From an uncultured delta proteobacterium (lineage in GTDB: Bacteria; Desulfobacterota; Binatia; UBA9968): a DNA stretch of 64,000 nucleotides. Below are positions 1-10,800 of this stretch, one piece after another (positions within the stretch are counted from its first letter, which is position 1; each line of letters begins with the position of its first letter). The DNA lies in the NCBI GenBank assembly GCA_963771465.1, contig CAVYTU010000013.1:1-64000 (forward strand). Direction: 5' to 3'. The translations under genes were made by a program, and so were the position numbers. The notes below the pieces were generated by a model, which saw only the letters and a program-made list of their open reading frames with translations, made no database searches and was not told where the DNA came from.

Positions 1-3000
1 ATCGGTATTGTAAACGATCGCCAGCTCGATTTTGTCGTCGACTTTGGGCGCGTACAGCACAACGTCAAATTTTGCTGCCGGATCGGCTTGCACAAGCTTG
101 GTAACCTCGCATCCCGCCAAAGTCAGCGAGCGCTCGGAAATATCGGCGACGTTGAACAGAATATCAAAAATGGGGTTTCTCCCCGGTTCGCGCGCCGGCC
201 GCAATGCTTCGACGAGTTTTTCGAACGGCACGTCCTGATTGGTATAGGCGTCGAGACAGACTTCGCTGGTGCGCTTAAGCAGCGCGACGAAGCTTGGGTC
301 GCCTGACAGATCGACACGCAGCGGCAGAGCGTTGATGAAAAAACCGATCAAACCATCGGTCTCCGGGTGATTGCGTCCAGCGATCGTCGAGCCCATGACG
401 ACGTCTTCCTGACCGCTGATGCGTGACAGCAAAATATTAAAAGTCGCGAAGAGCGTCATAAACATCGTGACGCTCTGCTGCCGGCTCAAGACTTTCAGCG
501 CTGAGGTCAGCTCGTCGGATAATTCCAAGGCCAACCTGGCGCCGCGATAAGATTGGGTCGCGTGACGGTCAAAGTCGGTCGGCAGCCCGCAAGGTTCCGG
601 CAAGCTGGCGAGTTGACGATTCCAGTAATCTAGTTGCGCGTCGAATGACGCTGACTTGAGCCACTCCTGCTGCCATGTGGCGTAATCGGTATACTGTACT
701 GGCAGATTCGGCAACAACATCACTTTGCCCTCCCGCCGAGATTGATAGAGCGCGGAGAGTTCCTTGTAGAAGATTGCCAGCGACGAACCGTCAGCGATGA
801 TGTGATGGAAGTTCAAAATCAAGACGTGATCGCCGTCGGCGAGCTTCACAAGCGTCGCGCGCATGAGTGGCGCGTTGGCGAGATCGTAAAGCCGGCGCGC
901 GTCCACAGCGGAAAGCCGTCTTGCCTCGACCTCTGCCTGCTCGTTTGGCAAGCGCGTAAGGTCGATCACTGGCAGCGCAATCCGCAAGCTCGGCAGGATT
1001 TCCTGACGCGGCTGTCCGTCCACTTCTTTTACATAAGACCGCAACACTTCATGGCGAGCGATCATTTCGTTGAGCGCATGCTCCAACGCTGCGCAGTCGA
1101 GGTTACCTTTGACGCGAAAACTTGCCGGGATGTTGTAAGCCGACAAATTCTTATCGACTTTCTGCAAGTACCACAGCCGGCGTTGGGAAAATGACAACGG
1201 GAGCGGTTGCGTTCGATCAACTGGCAAGATCGGCGCGAAGTTCGTGCTGAATTCGTTGTGGCGCAAAAGATCGATATGCCGCGCCAAATCCGCGACGGTT
1301 GGCAGTTCAAATAATTTGCGCAGGGCAATGTCGACGTTAAAGCTTCGCTGCAAGCGGGCGACAACGCGCGTGGCGAGAAGCGAATGGCCACCGAGCTCGA
1401 AGAAGTTGTCATGGACGCCGATCTTGTCGAGCCTTAATATTTCACGCCAAACTTGGGTGACCAGTTCCTCGATCTCCGTGCGCGGCTCTACAAAGCCTTG
1501 GTCAAGATTCGGTCGCTTCCCGTCCGGTGCCGGCAGCGCGTTGCGGTCTAATTTACCGTTGGGAGTTAGGGGCAAGGCGTCCAAGAATACGAATAGCGGA
1601 GGAATCATGAAGTCAGGCAGCTTTTCTTGGAGGAATTGCCGTAGGTCGGTGGCAGAACACGACGTTTGTTGAGCACACACTACGTAGCCCACGAGTTCCA
1701 TTTCGTCGGAAGAATCGCGATCATGAGCGGCGATCACGGACTCTTTTACAGCTGGGTGCTGATTGAGATTTGCTTCGATCTCGCCAAATTCGATGCGGTG
1801 GCCGCGGATTTTTACTTGATTATCGTCACGACCGATGAATTCGATGCTTCCGTTAGCGAGATATTTCGCTTGATCGCCGGTGCGGTAAAGGCGGGTATTA
1901 GGATTATCGCTGAAGGGATTGGCGACAAACTTATCCGCTGAAAGTTGCGGCCGATTCAGATAACCCCGCGCCAGTCCGTCACCGCCGATATAGAGTTCGC
2001 CCGGTATACCGATAGGCACAGGTTGTAAGTGAGGATCGAGAATGTAAATTTGAGTGTTTGCGATGGGGCGACCGATTGAAATCGGTTTGTCGCTAGCCGC
2101 GACTTTCGACATCGTTGACCATATAGTCGATTCAGTCGGTCCATAGAGATTCCAAACCGAACTGCTGTGTTTCAATAATATCGTCGGCCAATTTTCGGGA
2201 TAACGTTTCGCCACCGCAGAGAATCTTAAAACCGCTGCTGCCGTCCCAACCGGTTTCCACGAGCAGTTTCCATAGGGACGGCGTCGCCTGCATCACGGTA
2301 GCTTGAGAAGTTTTCAACCGTGCCATCAATTGAGCACTGTCGCCGCTCTCGCGATTACTGGCGAGAATGGCTCTCGCGCCAGTTATGAGTGGTAGGAAAA
2401 GTTCGAGAGCGGCAATATCGAATGATATCGTCGTGACCGCCAGCCATGCGTCTCGTTGCGAGAGCTTAATCTCTCGCCGCACCGCGCACATACAATTGAT
2501 TGCCGAACGGTGTCCAATTTGAACGCCTTTGGGTTGTCCGGTCGAGCCAGAGGTATAGATGACGTAGGCGAGATTCTCAGAGGCGATTTGAATTGTTGGA
2601 TTTTCACTGCTTTTCTGCTCGATCATCAGTAAATCGCGGTCGAGATAAACTACTTTCAGCCGAGGATCGAGAATCGAAGTTCGAGGATCGCCATCTTCTA
2701 TTCTCCATCCTCTAGCTTCGACCAACTTCTCTTGGGTTAGCAGAACCGAGACCTGGGAATCGTCCAGCATGAAGCGTAGCCGCTCGTCTGGATACGCCGG
2801 GTCTAGGGGTACGTAGGCGCCGCCGGCTTTGAGGATTGCCAATAGCCCAACCACCATCTCGATAGAGCGCTCGACACAGATGCCGACAAGTTTTTCTGGG
2901 CCAATACCGAGGCCAATTAAGTGATGCGCCAGTTGGTTAGCTCGACGATTCAGCTCTCGGTAAGTGATTTGTTTGTCTTCGAACTCTAGGGCGACGGCGT

Positions 3001-4522
3001 CTGGGGTTCGTTCGACTTGTTCTTCGAACAGTTGGTGGATGCATTTGTCTTTGGGATAATCGGCGGCGGTGTCGTTCCATTCGACGAGGAGTTGGTGACG
3101 TTCGGCTTCGGTGAGAATCGGCAGTGTAGCGATCGATTGATCGGGGTCGGCAACGATGGCTTCTAGAAGCGTCTGGAAGTGGCCGGCCATGCGCTCGATA
3201 CGGTCGTGGTTGAACAGATCGGTGCTGTACTCGATATGGCCAAGGATTCCATGTTCGTTATCAATAAGAGAGAAAGTCAAATCGAATTTTGTCATTCCGC
3301 CGTCAATTTCGACGGATTCGGACCGAAGTTCCGCCAGTTCAAGGGCTGGAACCGAAGTATTTTGGAAAGCGAACATGACCTGGAAAATCGGGTTACGGGC
3401 TAGATCGCGCTGTAGTTGTAATTCCTCGACTAACTTTTCAAAAGGAAAGTCTTGGTGTGCGAAAGCACCTATACATGTGTCTCGGACGCGTTGAAGAGCT
3501 TCACGGAAACTCGGACTGCCGGCATAGTTCGTGCGCAGCACCAGAGTGTTGACAAACGAGCCGAGCAAATTTTCAATCTCGGGTAGTCGACGATTTAGCA
3601 CTGGGCAGCCGACTATCAGATCCTCCTGAGCGGCGTAGCGGTAAAGCAGGGTCTTAAACGCCGCGAGCAGCGTCATAAAAAGCGTAACGCCATTTTCTCG
3701 ACTCAGCTCTTTAAGCATTCGTTGCAATGTTCCCGGCAATAAGACGGATAGCCTTGATCCGTCAAACCCTTGCATCGGCGGCCGAGGCTTGTCGGTGGAT
3801 AAATTCAACACTGGAAGAGTATCGCTCAATCGCTGAACCCAATAATCACGGTGCGAGCGGAAAGTCTGGCTTGAAACGCGTTGGCGTTGCCAGCTTGCAT
3901 AATCCGCATATTGCACAGGCAATGCCGCCAACTGCGGCTCTTTGCCATTGAGTTTAGCCTCATACGAGGTCCATAATTCGCGAAAAAAAATCGCCACGGA
4001 TTGACTGTCAAAAACAATCTGATGCAAGGTCAGAATCAACAGATGTTGCTCGTGGTCAATCCGCGCAAGTCGCGCGCGAATCGGTAACTCTTCCTTAAGA
4101 TAGATTGGCTGCAACCATTCACTACGAGCCAATCGTTCGATTGCGAATGGCAGTTCAGTATCGGCGGTATGTTCCAGATCCGTTATAGAGATCGTGATTG
4201 AGAAACTGGCCGCGATACGTTGGGTCGGCCTGCCATCTGGGCTGGGATAGTTGGTCCGCAGGACCTCGTGACGGCGCAAAATGAGGTTCAGGCATTGCAC
4301 CAGAACCTCGACGTTTAGTTCGCCGACGAGGCGTACGACTTTGCAGCCGTTATATACCGGCCGGTCGTGCTCGAATTGGTCTAAGAACCAAAATCGTTCT
4401 TGGGCAAACGAAAGAGGAGGCGGAGCATCATCATTATCCCTGCGCGGAATAGTGTAATCAGATGGCCGCTCAAATCCCTCGCGTTCCAGAAGGTAGGCAA
4501 GAAGCTCATCTTTTTGGTTCAA
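1..4522 (-). CDS. Non-ribosomal peptide synthetase C-A-T-C, 3'-partial at the window edge, interrupted by one +1 frameshift near 2179
   Basis: ORF 2132-4522 has a C domain (LSFAQERFW, HQIVFD) and an A-domain N-half (YTSGSTGQPKG, FDIAALE, QATPS, CGGE). Manual translation of the adjacent frame from 2178 towards 1 continues WNLYGPTESTIW, GELYIGGDGLARGY, YRTGD, QVKIRGHRIE, NGKLDR, then a PCP (FFELGGHSLL) and a second C domain (HHIIADG); I saw no stop before the edge. Confidence 0.92.
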
Positions 4523-4534
4523 GGCATTAGTCTT

Positions 4535-6529
4535 TTATAGAAGATGTGTTTTTTCGTCCGGGAGTCGCTGGTTACGCACTTCGGCTAGCATGGATTCGGC
4601 TTCAGCGGAAGACATAGCATCGACTTGCAAAAACAGAGTCGCCACCTTTTCTGCTCGTTCTAAGCTCGGTGCATTTTGCACAAGAAGCTGAGCCGCCCGT
4701 GCCACGGTACAAGCATCGTAAAATTCCGCTAAGGTTACGTTCCAGGGAAAAATTCGGCCGATAGCCGATACGATTCTGGCGGCAACTATTGAGTCGCCGC
4801 CAAGATCGAAAAAACTATCATGGATCCCAACACTGTTTATAGCCAAGGCTTCAGACCAAATCTTGGCGAGTACCGATTCTATCGGGGTCGTTGGCGCGCT
4901 CAGTTGGGTGCCAAGTTTGCGCCGATCAAACTCTGGCGAGGGTAGCTCCTGACGATTGACTTTGCCGTTGGCATTTAGCGGCAAGCTCTCTAGGAATATG
5001 AACTTACTTGGCACCATGTAATCCGGAAGCCATTTTTTTAGCGCATCGCGCATCTGACTAATAGTAGGAATCTCCTTGCTGGCCGGTATCATATACGCGA
5101 CTAGCCGATCATCGCCATAAGCATTTTTCTGCGCTACCACCACCGCCTGACGTATTGCCGGGAGCTGTAGCAAGGCCGATTCAACTTCCTCGGCTTGAAT
5201 TCTGTGGCCGCGAATCTTCAGTTGGAAATCTTTGCGCCCCAGATATTCGAGGCAACCATCCGGCCGGAGCCGTCCCAAATCCCCGGTACGGAAAATTCTC
5301 CGACCGTAGCATTGGGGATCGCCGACAAACACAGCATCCGTCAATGCCGCATTATTCCAATAACCTGGGAAAATATAGGCGCTGCGAACCGCAATCTCGC
5401 CGACGTCGTTGACTCCAAGCGGGTTTCCCAAATCGTCGAGAATCAATACTTCCATATCCTCGACCGCGTAACCGACCGGCAACACGTCGCCGGAAACCTG
5501 CGAGTCCCTATCAAAAAAATGAATTCGGTAAGTGTTGGTTTCCGTACTCGATAGAACGTGGAGCAGGTTAGCATTGGGGAAATAGCGCTTGAATTGCTCC
5601 AAGTCCTTATCAAAGACCTGGCCGCTGCCTATCCGGATCAGTCGTAAGTCGGGAAATTGTTCAGTGCTAGTCAGTTGTTGAACCAAATGACGAAACACCG
5701 TCGCGCCAGCATGGAAGATCGTAATCTTTTCGCGTTGGAGCCAATCGGCGATTGCCGTCAATCCAACGTGCGTAACGTCCACCGGGTATATTGTCGAGCC
5801 GCTCAGTAAGGCCAGGTAGAGATTACTCAGCGCGCCGGCGCTGCTGGGCGGCCGCACTAGAGTCATACGATCCTCCGGCGAAATATGGCATGTATTCCCC
5901 AATCGCATGACGTAATGAAGCATGTTGCGATGGTGATCCATCACGCCCTTCGGTTGGCCGGTGGTTCCCGAGGTGTAAAGAATTTGTGAAACAGCGTCGG
6001 GCGATATCTCGTCGTCAGGATTTGCTTCGCCCCAATCGGCGCTGAGGGAGTCGAGGTCAATTAGAATGTGCGCTGAGGTCAGCCATGACTTTGCCAGGTC
6101 TAGACCGTCACTGCCGGCTAGCACGATCTTGGCGTTGGTATCGTGAAGAATGAACTTTACCCAAGCCGGTGAAAACGAACTGTCGAGAGGGACATAAATT
6201 TTGCCTGCTTTCATAATTCCTAAGATGGCAGCTATCGTCCCGAGATTATTTTTTACCAACAGCGCAACCGATTCGTTGATGGCGCCGCTGCCGGATCGCA
6301 GGGCGTGGGCAATTCGGTTGGCCATCTTATTCAATGTGCCGTAGGTTACGGCTTGGTCTTCCACCTTTACTGCGATACGCAATGGGTCACGGTCGACAAT
6401 TTGCTCAAACCGGCTGGCAATCGATTGCTCGATGTCGTTCCTGGCAAACTTGGTGAAGGGGTTTCCGGGCGTCACCCAGGACCTGGGGCGCGAAACAAAG
6501 CTGGGTTGTTTGTCCGTCTCAAGAACCAT
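4535..6529 (-). CDS. Stand-alone adenylation-thiolation (A-T) didomain, probable NRPS loading module
   Basis: YTSGTTGQPKG, FRTGDLG, KIRGHRI, NGKVNR and PCP motif FFDLGGDSI; stop lies 12 nt before the NRPS start. Confidence 0.9.
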   Translation of the reverse strand: MVLETDKQPSFVSRPRSWVTPGNPFTKFARNDIEQSIASRFEQIVDRDPLRIAVKVEDQAVTYGTLNKMANRIAHALRSGSGAINESVALLVKNNLGTIAAILGIMKAGKIYVPLDSSFSPAWVKFILHDTNAKIVLAGSDGLDLAKSWLTSAHILIDLDSLSADWGEANPDDEISPDAVSQILYTSGTTGQPKGVMDHHRNMLHYVMRLGNTCHISPEDRMTLVRPPSSAGALSNLYLALLSGSTIYPVDVTHVGLTAIADWLQREKITIFHAGATVFRHLVQQLTSTEQFPDLRLIRIGSGQVFDKDLEQFKRYFPNANLLHVLSSTETNTYRIHFFDRDSQVSGDVLPVGYAVEDMEVLILDDLGNPLGVNDVGEIAVRSAYIFPGYWNNAALTDAVFVGDPQCYGRRIFRTGDLGRLRPDGCLEYLGRKDFQLKIRGHRIQAEEVESALLQLPAIRQAVVVAQKNAYGDDRLVAYMIPASKEIPTISQMRDALKKWLPDYMVPSKFIFLESLPLNANGKVNRQELPSPEFDRRKLGTQLSAPTTPIESVLAKIWSEALAINSVGIHDSFFDLGGDSIVAARIVSAIGRIFPWNVTLAEFYDACTVARAAQLLVQNAPSLERAEKVATLFLQVDAMSSAEAESMLAEVRNQRLPDEKTHLL

Positions 6530-6554
6530 GGCTACTTCCGCTTCGACTCGTCCG

Positions 6555-9500
6555 TCAATGAACGGATGTGCTTAGTTCGTGCTCCGCTGCGCCCAGCCAG
6601 ATTGGCATCTCCAGGCCGCGGTAAGTTGTAACGGCCAGAGATAATTCACTTTTGGCTTGGTCGATCTGATTCTCACGGTGAAGCAATCGTCCTAGACTCA
6701 AGTGGATGTGGGCCTGGAGTGGTCGCATTTCCAATTGGGTCGCGAGCATCATGCTTTGATCGTAATAGGAACGGACTTGCGCAATATCTGGCGATTGCTC
6801 TTGAGCGACGTCGCCGAGTAATTTTAGCGCCCAAGCTTGATAACCGCGCTCTCCCGTATCGGTGGCGAGAGTCAAAGCGCGCTGCCCATTTTCCTGCGCC
6901 GCGTCTATCTGCCCCGCGAGGAAGCAGGTCTGGCCGAGCCACGTGAGCCGCAACGACCATCCCGCTTTACGGCCGATTAACTCCGATTGCGCTTCTGCCT
7001 TTTCCAACAGCGGCATGGCATCGTCGAGGCGACCCGCTAACGCATAGGCGTAGCCTAAATTCGATCCGACGTGAGTCGTCAGGACCCTAATCTCGCTCGA
7101 CTCACAGATTTTTTGGCTTCTTTCCAATGCCCGGATCGCGTGTTCGAGATCGCCTTTGATGAGGAATAAAAATCCCAAGCTGCAATACGCATAGGCGAGG
7201 CTGTACGCATGCTCGCTCTCTTCGGCGATTCGAATGCCGGTCTCGGCGATGGGAATCCCGTCATTGAACTGACCCAGTTGCGCGAAGCATTGGGTTAACC
7301 AACTGCGACAGATCACTGAAATGACGTTAGCGGTGCCAAAGCGTTCGTATTTATAGCGTTCGTCGTTAACCGCGTAGAGCGCTTGGTTCAATGTCGCGAT
7401 CGATTGCTGATAGTGTCCCATGTGATGGTAGGTTAGGCCCATATAGTAATAAGTGACCGTATTCAGCTCTAAATCGCCCTTGTTAAAATGCAAGCCGCGG
7501 TTCCCGGATTCAATGGCGCGGCTATGTTCGCCGACGAGGTCGTAATAACCAGTCAAGAAATTGAGCACCCGCCCCAGTCTTTTTTGATCGCCTATACGCT
7601 CGGCTATCGCCTCGGCTTCCCGCAGGCTACGGTGAAGATCTTCAAATCGGCCAAGCAAAAAAAGCGGGTTCCGAAGTTCCAAACGAACATCCACGGCGCG
7701 CCGCAACGCCTCGCCTTCCTGCGGCAGGTGCTGCAACGCGGCAAGTGATTTGAGATAAAAATCGGCTGCCTCACGGTTGGCCGAGCGCGCGACTGCCTTG
7801 CCTGCGGCCTGTTCCAAGTAATTCACCGCCTTATCCCAAAGCTCACCGTGGAAGGCGTGATGGGCAAGTTTTTCCAGATGGTCGTGCGATGTAGCTCCCG
7901 TCATTTTTTCCAATGCCGTTATCACTTTCGAATGGAGCCAAGTTCGCCGCTCATGCAGCAGTGCGCCATAGGCGACCTCATTGATCAGCGCGTGCTTAAA
8001 AGTGTATTCCAATTCGGGAAAGAGATTGCTCTCGTAGAGAAACTCTGCCGCCAGCAGGCGGCCAGAGAAAGATTCAATGTATCTTCCGATAGCCCGGCAA
8101 CCGCGTGTAGCAGAGGATAGGGAACGGCAACACCAATGACGGCAGCGGTCTGCAGCAGGTGCTTTTCTTCGAGTGGCAAGCGGTCGATACGGTCGGCCAC
8201 GACATTTTGCACGGTACTTGGAATATGGATGCTATCGATTTTTAGACCAGGCCGATAGCTACCCTTTTCACCTACAAGAAAACCCGTCTCGACCAGCGAC
8301 CGCACGCTCTCTTCGGCGAAAAACGGATTGCCCTCCGTGCGCTCTAACAATATTTCTTTCAGCGGAGTGATATCTTTGTTGTTTCCCAGGAGATGGCGCA
8401 AGAGATCTTCCGCGCCGGATTGCCGCAATGGTTCCACACGCAGTTGCGTGTAATAGGTCTTGTCACCCCAAGCATGACTGTAACCGGGCCGATAATTAAC
8501 GAGGAGAAAGAGCCGCGCCAGCGGCAAACTCTCGATCAAGCCGTCGAGAAAGGCCTGGGTTTCATTATCGATCCAATGGAGGTCCTCAAAAACCACCAAA
8601 ACCGGCTGCCGTTGACTCTCCCGGATCAGCAACCGCTTGACTGCATCCAGCGTATGACGTCGCCGCTGTTGCGGCTCCAGCGCGTTAAATCGCTCGATGG
8701 CTACAGCGAGATCCGGCAGTTGCGATAGCCAGGTTTGCGGATGTTCGAGCGCAAGCTGTTCATCATTCGGCAACGCGCCCAGTAAGGACAGAATGGGCGC
8801 GATCGTGTCTCTCAGCGTGCTATCCAATTCCAAAACGTGCATCGCCACCGATTCTGGGATGCTATCGCCCGGTTGCTCATTGCCGATTTGGAAGTATCGG
8901 CGCAGCATTTCAATCAATGGAAAATACGGCGTCGCTTTGCCGTATGATACCGACGATGCTTCGAGCACAAGCCAGCCGGGCGGTAATCGGTGACGTGTAA
9001 ACTCGTGTACCAGGCGTGACTTGCCCATGCCCGCTTCGCCCACCATTGCCAGGACCTGGCCGCGACCCGCCGTGGTTTGTTCGACGAGCTTTTTGAAAAG
9101 CGCAATCTCAGCATCGCGCCCCACAAGCGGTGTCAAACCCTGCACGCCGGCGGCTTGGACGCGAGTGCGGGCTGTAGTCGCGCCCGCGAGTTCAAAAGCG
9201 TCGACCGGCCGCGAGATTCCCTTGGCTTGCACGGGACCGCGCGGTTTTACTTGGACGAAGCCTTCGACTTCGCGCAGGGTTGAGTTCGTCATCAAGGTGC
9301 TGCCGGCGTTTGCCAGCTCCTGCATTCTCGCCGCGAGATGCGTTGTGTGGCCTAACGCGGAATATTCGACGTTGAGATCATTGTCGATGGATCGGACAAC
9401 GACTTCACCGGTGTTCATGCCGATGCCGATCTGTAAGCCTGTTTCTTCGGACTGGCCGAGATTGTGGCGGTGGCGCTGCAACTCCTCCTGCATCGCTAGA

Positions 9501-9991
9501 GCAGCATAACACGCGCGCAGGGCGTGATCCTCGTGGGCCAACGGCGCGCCGAACAGCGCCATGATGCCGTCGCCCAGGACTTGATTTACCGTGCCTTCAT
9601 AACGATGCACGGCTTTCATCATCAGGTGCAATACCGGATCGATAATCCTCTGCGCATCTTCGGGGTCGCGGCCTTCGATGAGTGCCGTCGAGCCGCGAAT
9701 ATCAGCGAACAGGACCGTTACGTGCTTACGCTCGCCTTCAAGTGCTTGCCGCGAGGCGAAGATTTTTTCGCTGAGATGCTTGGGAACATAAGTGATCGGC
9801 GCCGGTGCGGAGGTTGACCGCTGGCGCAGGGGCGCAGATTGATTAATGGTCTGCCCGCAGTTGCGGCAGAACTTGGCAGTTCGGCGATTGCCCTCGCCGC
9901 AGTTGGGACATGCCATATCAAGCCGTGTCCCGCACTGATCGCAGAACGAGGCTTCCGGAGAGTTTTCAGCTTGGCAGCGAGGGCAATTCAT
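6555..9991 (-). CDS. Double zinc ribbon + class III adenylate/guanylate cyclase + STAND/AAA ATPase + TPR protein, frameshift near 8060
   Basis: Four N-terminal CxxC motifs, cyclase motifs VLFADIRGST and LGDGIMALFG, Walker A GEAGMGKS, Walker B VVFEDLHWID. ORFs 7985-9991 and 6555-8012 overlap and join as ...LLAAEFLYESNLFPELEYTFKHAL... if one base is restored. The C-terminus is TPR-like helical repeats. Confidence 0.88.
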
Positions 9992-10213
9992 AATGAGGTC
10001 AGCGTTCGACCCCGATATAGTTCGGCTAGTTTATGAATGCAAGTATTGTTTTGGCGCCTAAAGTTGCTCCCAAATCATTCATGTGAACGTCAGCGCGGCG
10101 AGCTGTGGGTGACATTGGAGTCTGCGTTCGCGTAAAAGCTGGCCGAGGACTTGTCACCGCTAGCTGAGTCACATAAGATCGCGCGTGAAATTATTTGAGG
10201 AGCAATTCGGCGC

Positions 10214-10666
10214 ATGATTCTTGACGGTAAAATTGATCTTGACGTTCCGGTGGAAAAGGCTTGGGATTTTTTGATCGATATCAATAAGTTTTCTAATTGC
10301 TTGCCGGGCATCGACTCGGTGACGCAAATCGACGATAAGACGTTCGATGGGATTATTTCGGCGACGGTAGGACCGATCTCCGGAAAGTTCAATTTTCGCT
10401 CGACGATCGTCGAGAGCAACCCGCCGGTGCAGATGGTAGTGAAGACGGAAGGGACGGACACGGTGACAAAAAGCACGGTCAACGCGGACATGACCGTCGA
10501 CCTGCGCCGAGTCTCGGATGCGAAATCGGAGATGGATTACAAAGCTGACGTGAAGATTAAAGGCCGCTTGGGGATACTCGGTGACATGGTATTGCGCGCG
10601 ACGGCGACTTTGATCCTGCAAGAATTCACCAAGCGGCTGCACAAAGGGCTTGGCGAGCCGGCGTAA
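10214..10666 (+). CDS. CoxG/SRPBCC family protein
   Basis: 150 aa with the pattern P.EKAWDFL.D...CLPG...VGPISGKF...GRLG.LG typical of CoxG-like proteins. Confidence 0.8.
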   Translation: MILDGKIDLDVPVEKAWDFLIDINKFSNCLPGIDSVTQIDDKTFDGIISATVGPISGKFNFRSTIVESNPPVQMVVKTEGTDTVTKSTVNADMTVDLRRVSDAKSEMDYKADVKIKGRLGILGDMVLRATATLILQEFTKRLHKGLGEPA

Positions 10667-10688
10667 GTTTAGTATGGGGAGTGGGAAA

Positions 10689-10754
10689 AGATCTCTCACT
10701 TCGTTCGCGATGACCAACTATGGGATCTGTCATTGCGAGCGTCGCGAGAAATCT
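10689..10754. repeat. REP-like inverted repeat pair (TGTCAT...GAGAAATCT family)
   Basis: 10689-10714 is the reverse complement of 40021-40046 at 25 of 26 nt; second arm at 10728-10754. Confidence 0.75.
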
Positions 10755-10800
10755 TTTTTGGATCCGCTCCTATTACCAAAATGCATCGTGAGGAGTTTTC

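Noticed and set aside
2170-8065. Programmed ribosomal frameshifting in the NRPS or cyclase genes
   Set aside because: No canonical slippery heptamer or stimulatory structure is evident, and similar indels recur across unrelated genes.
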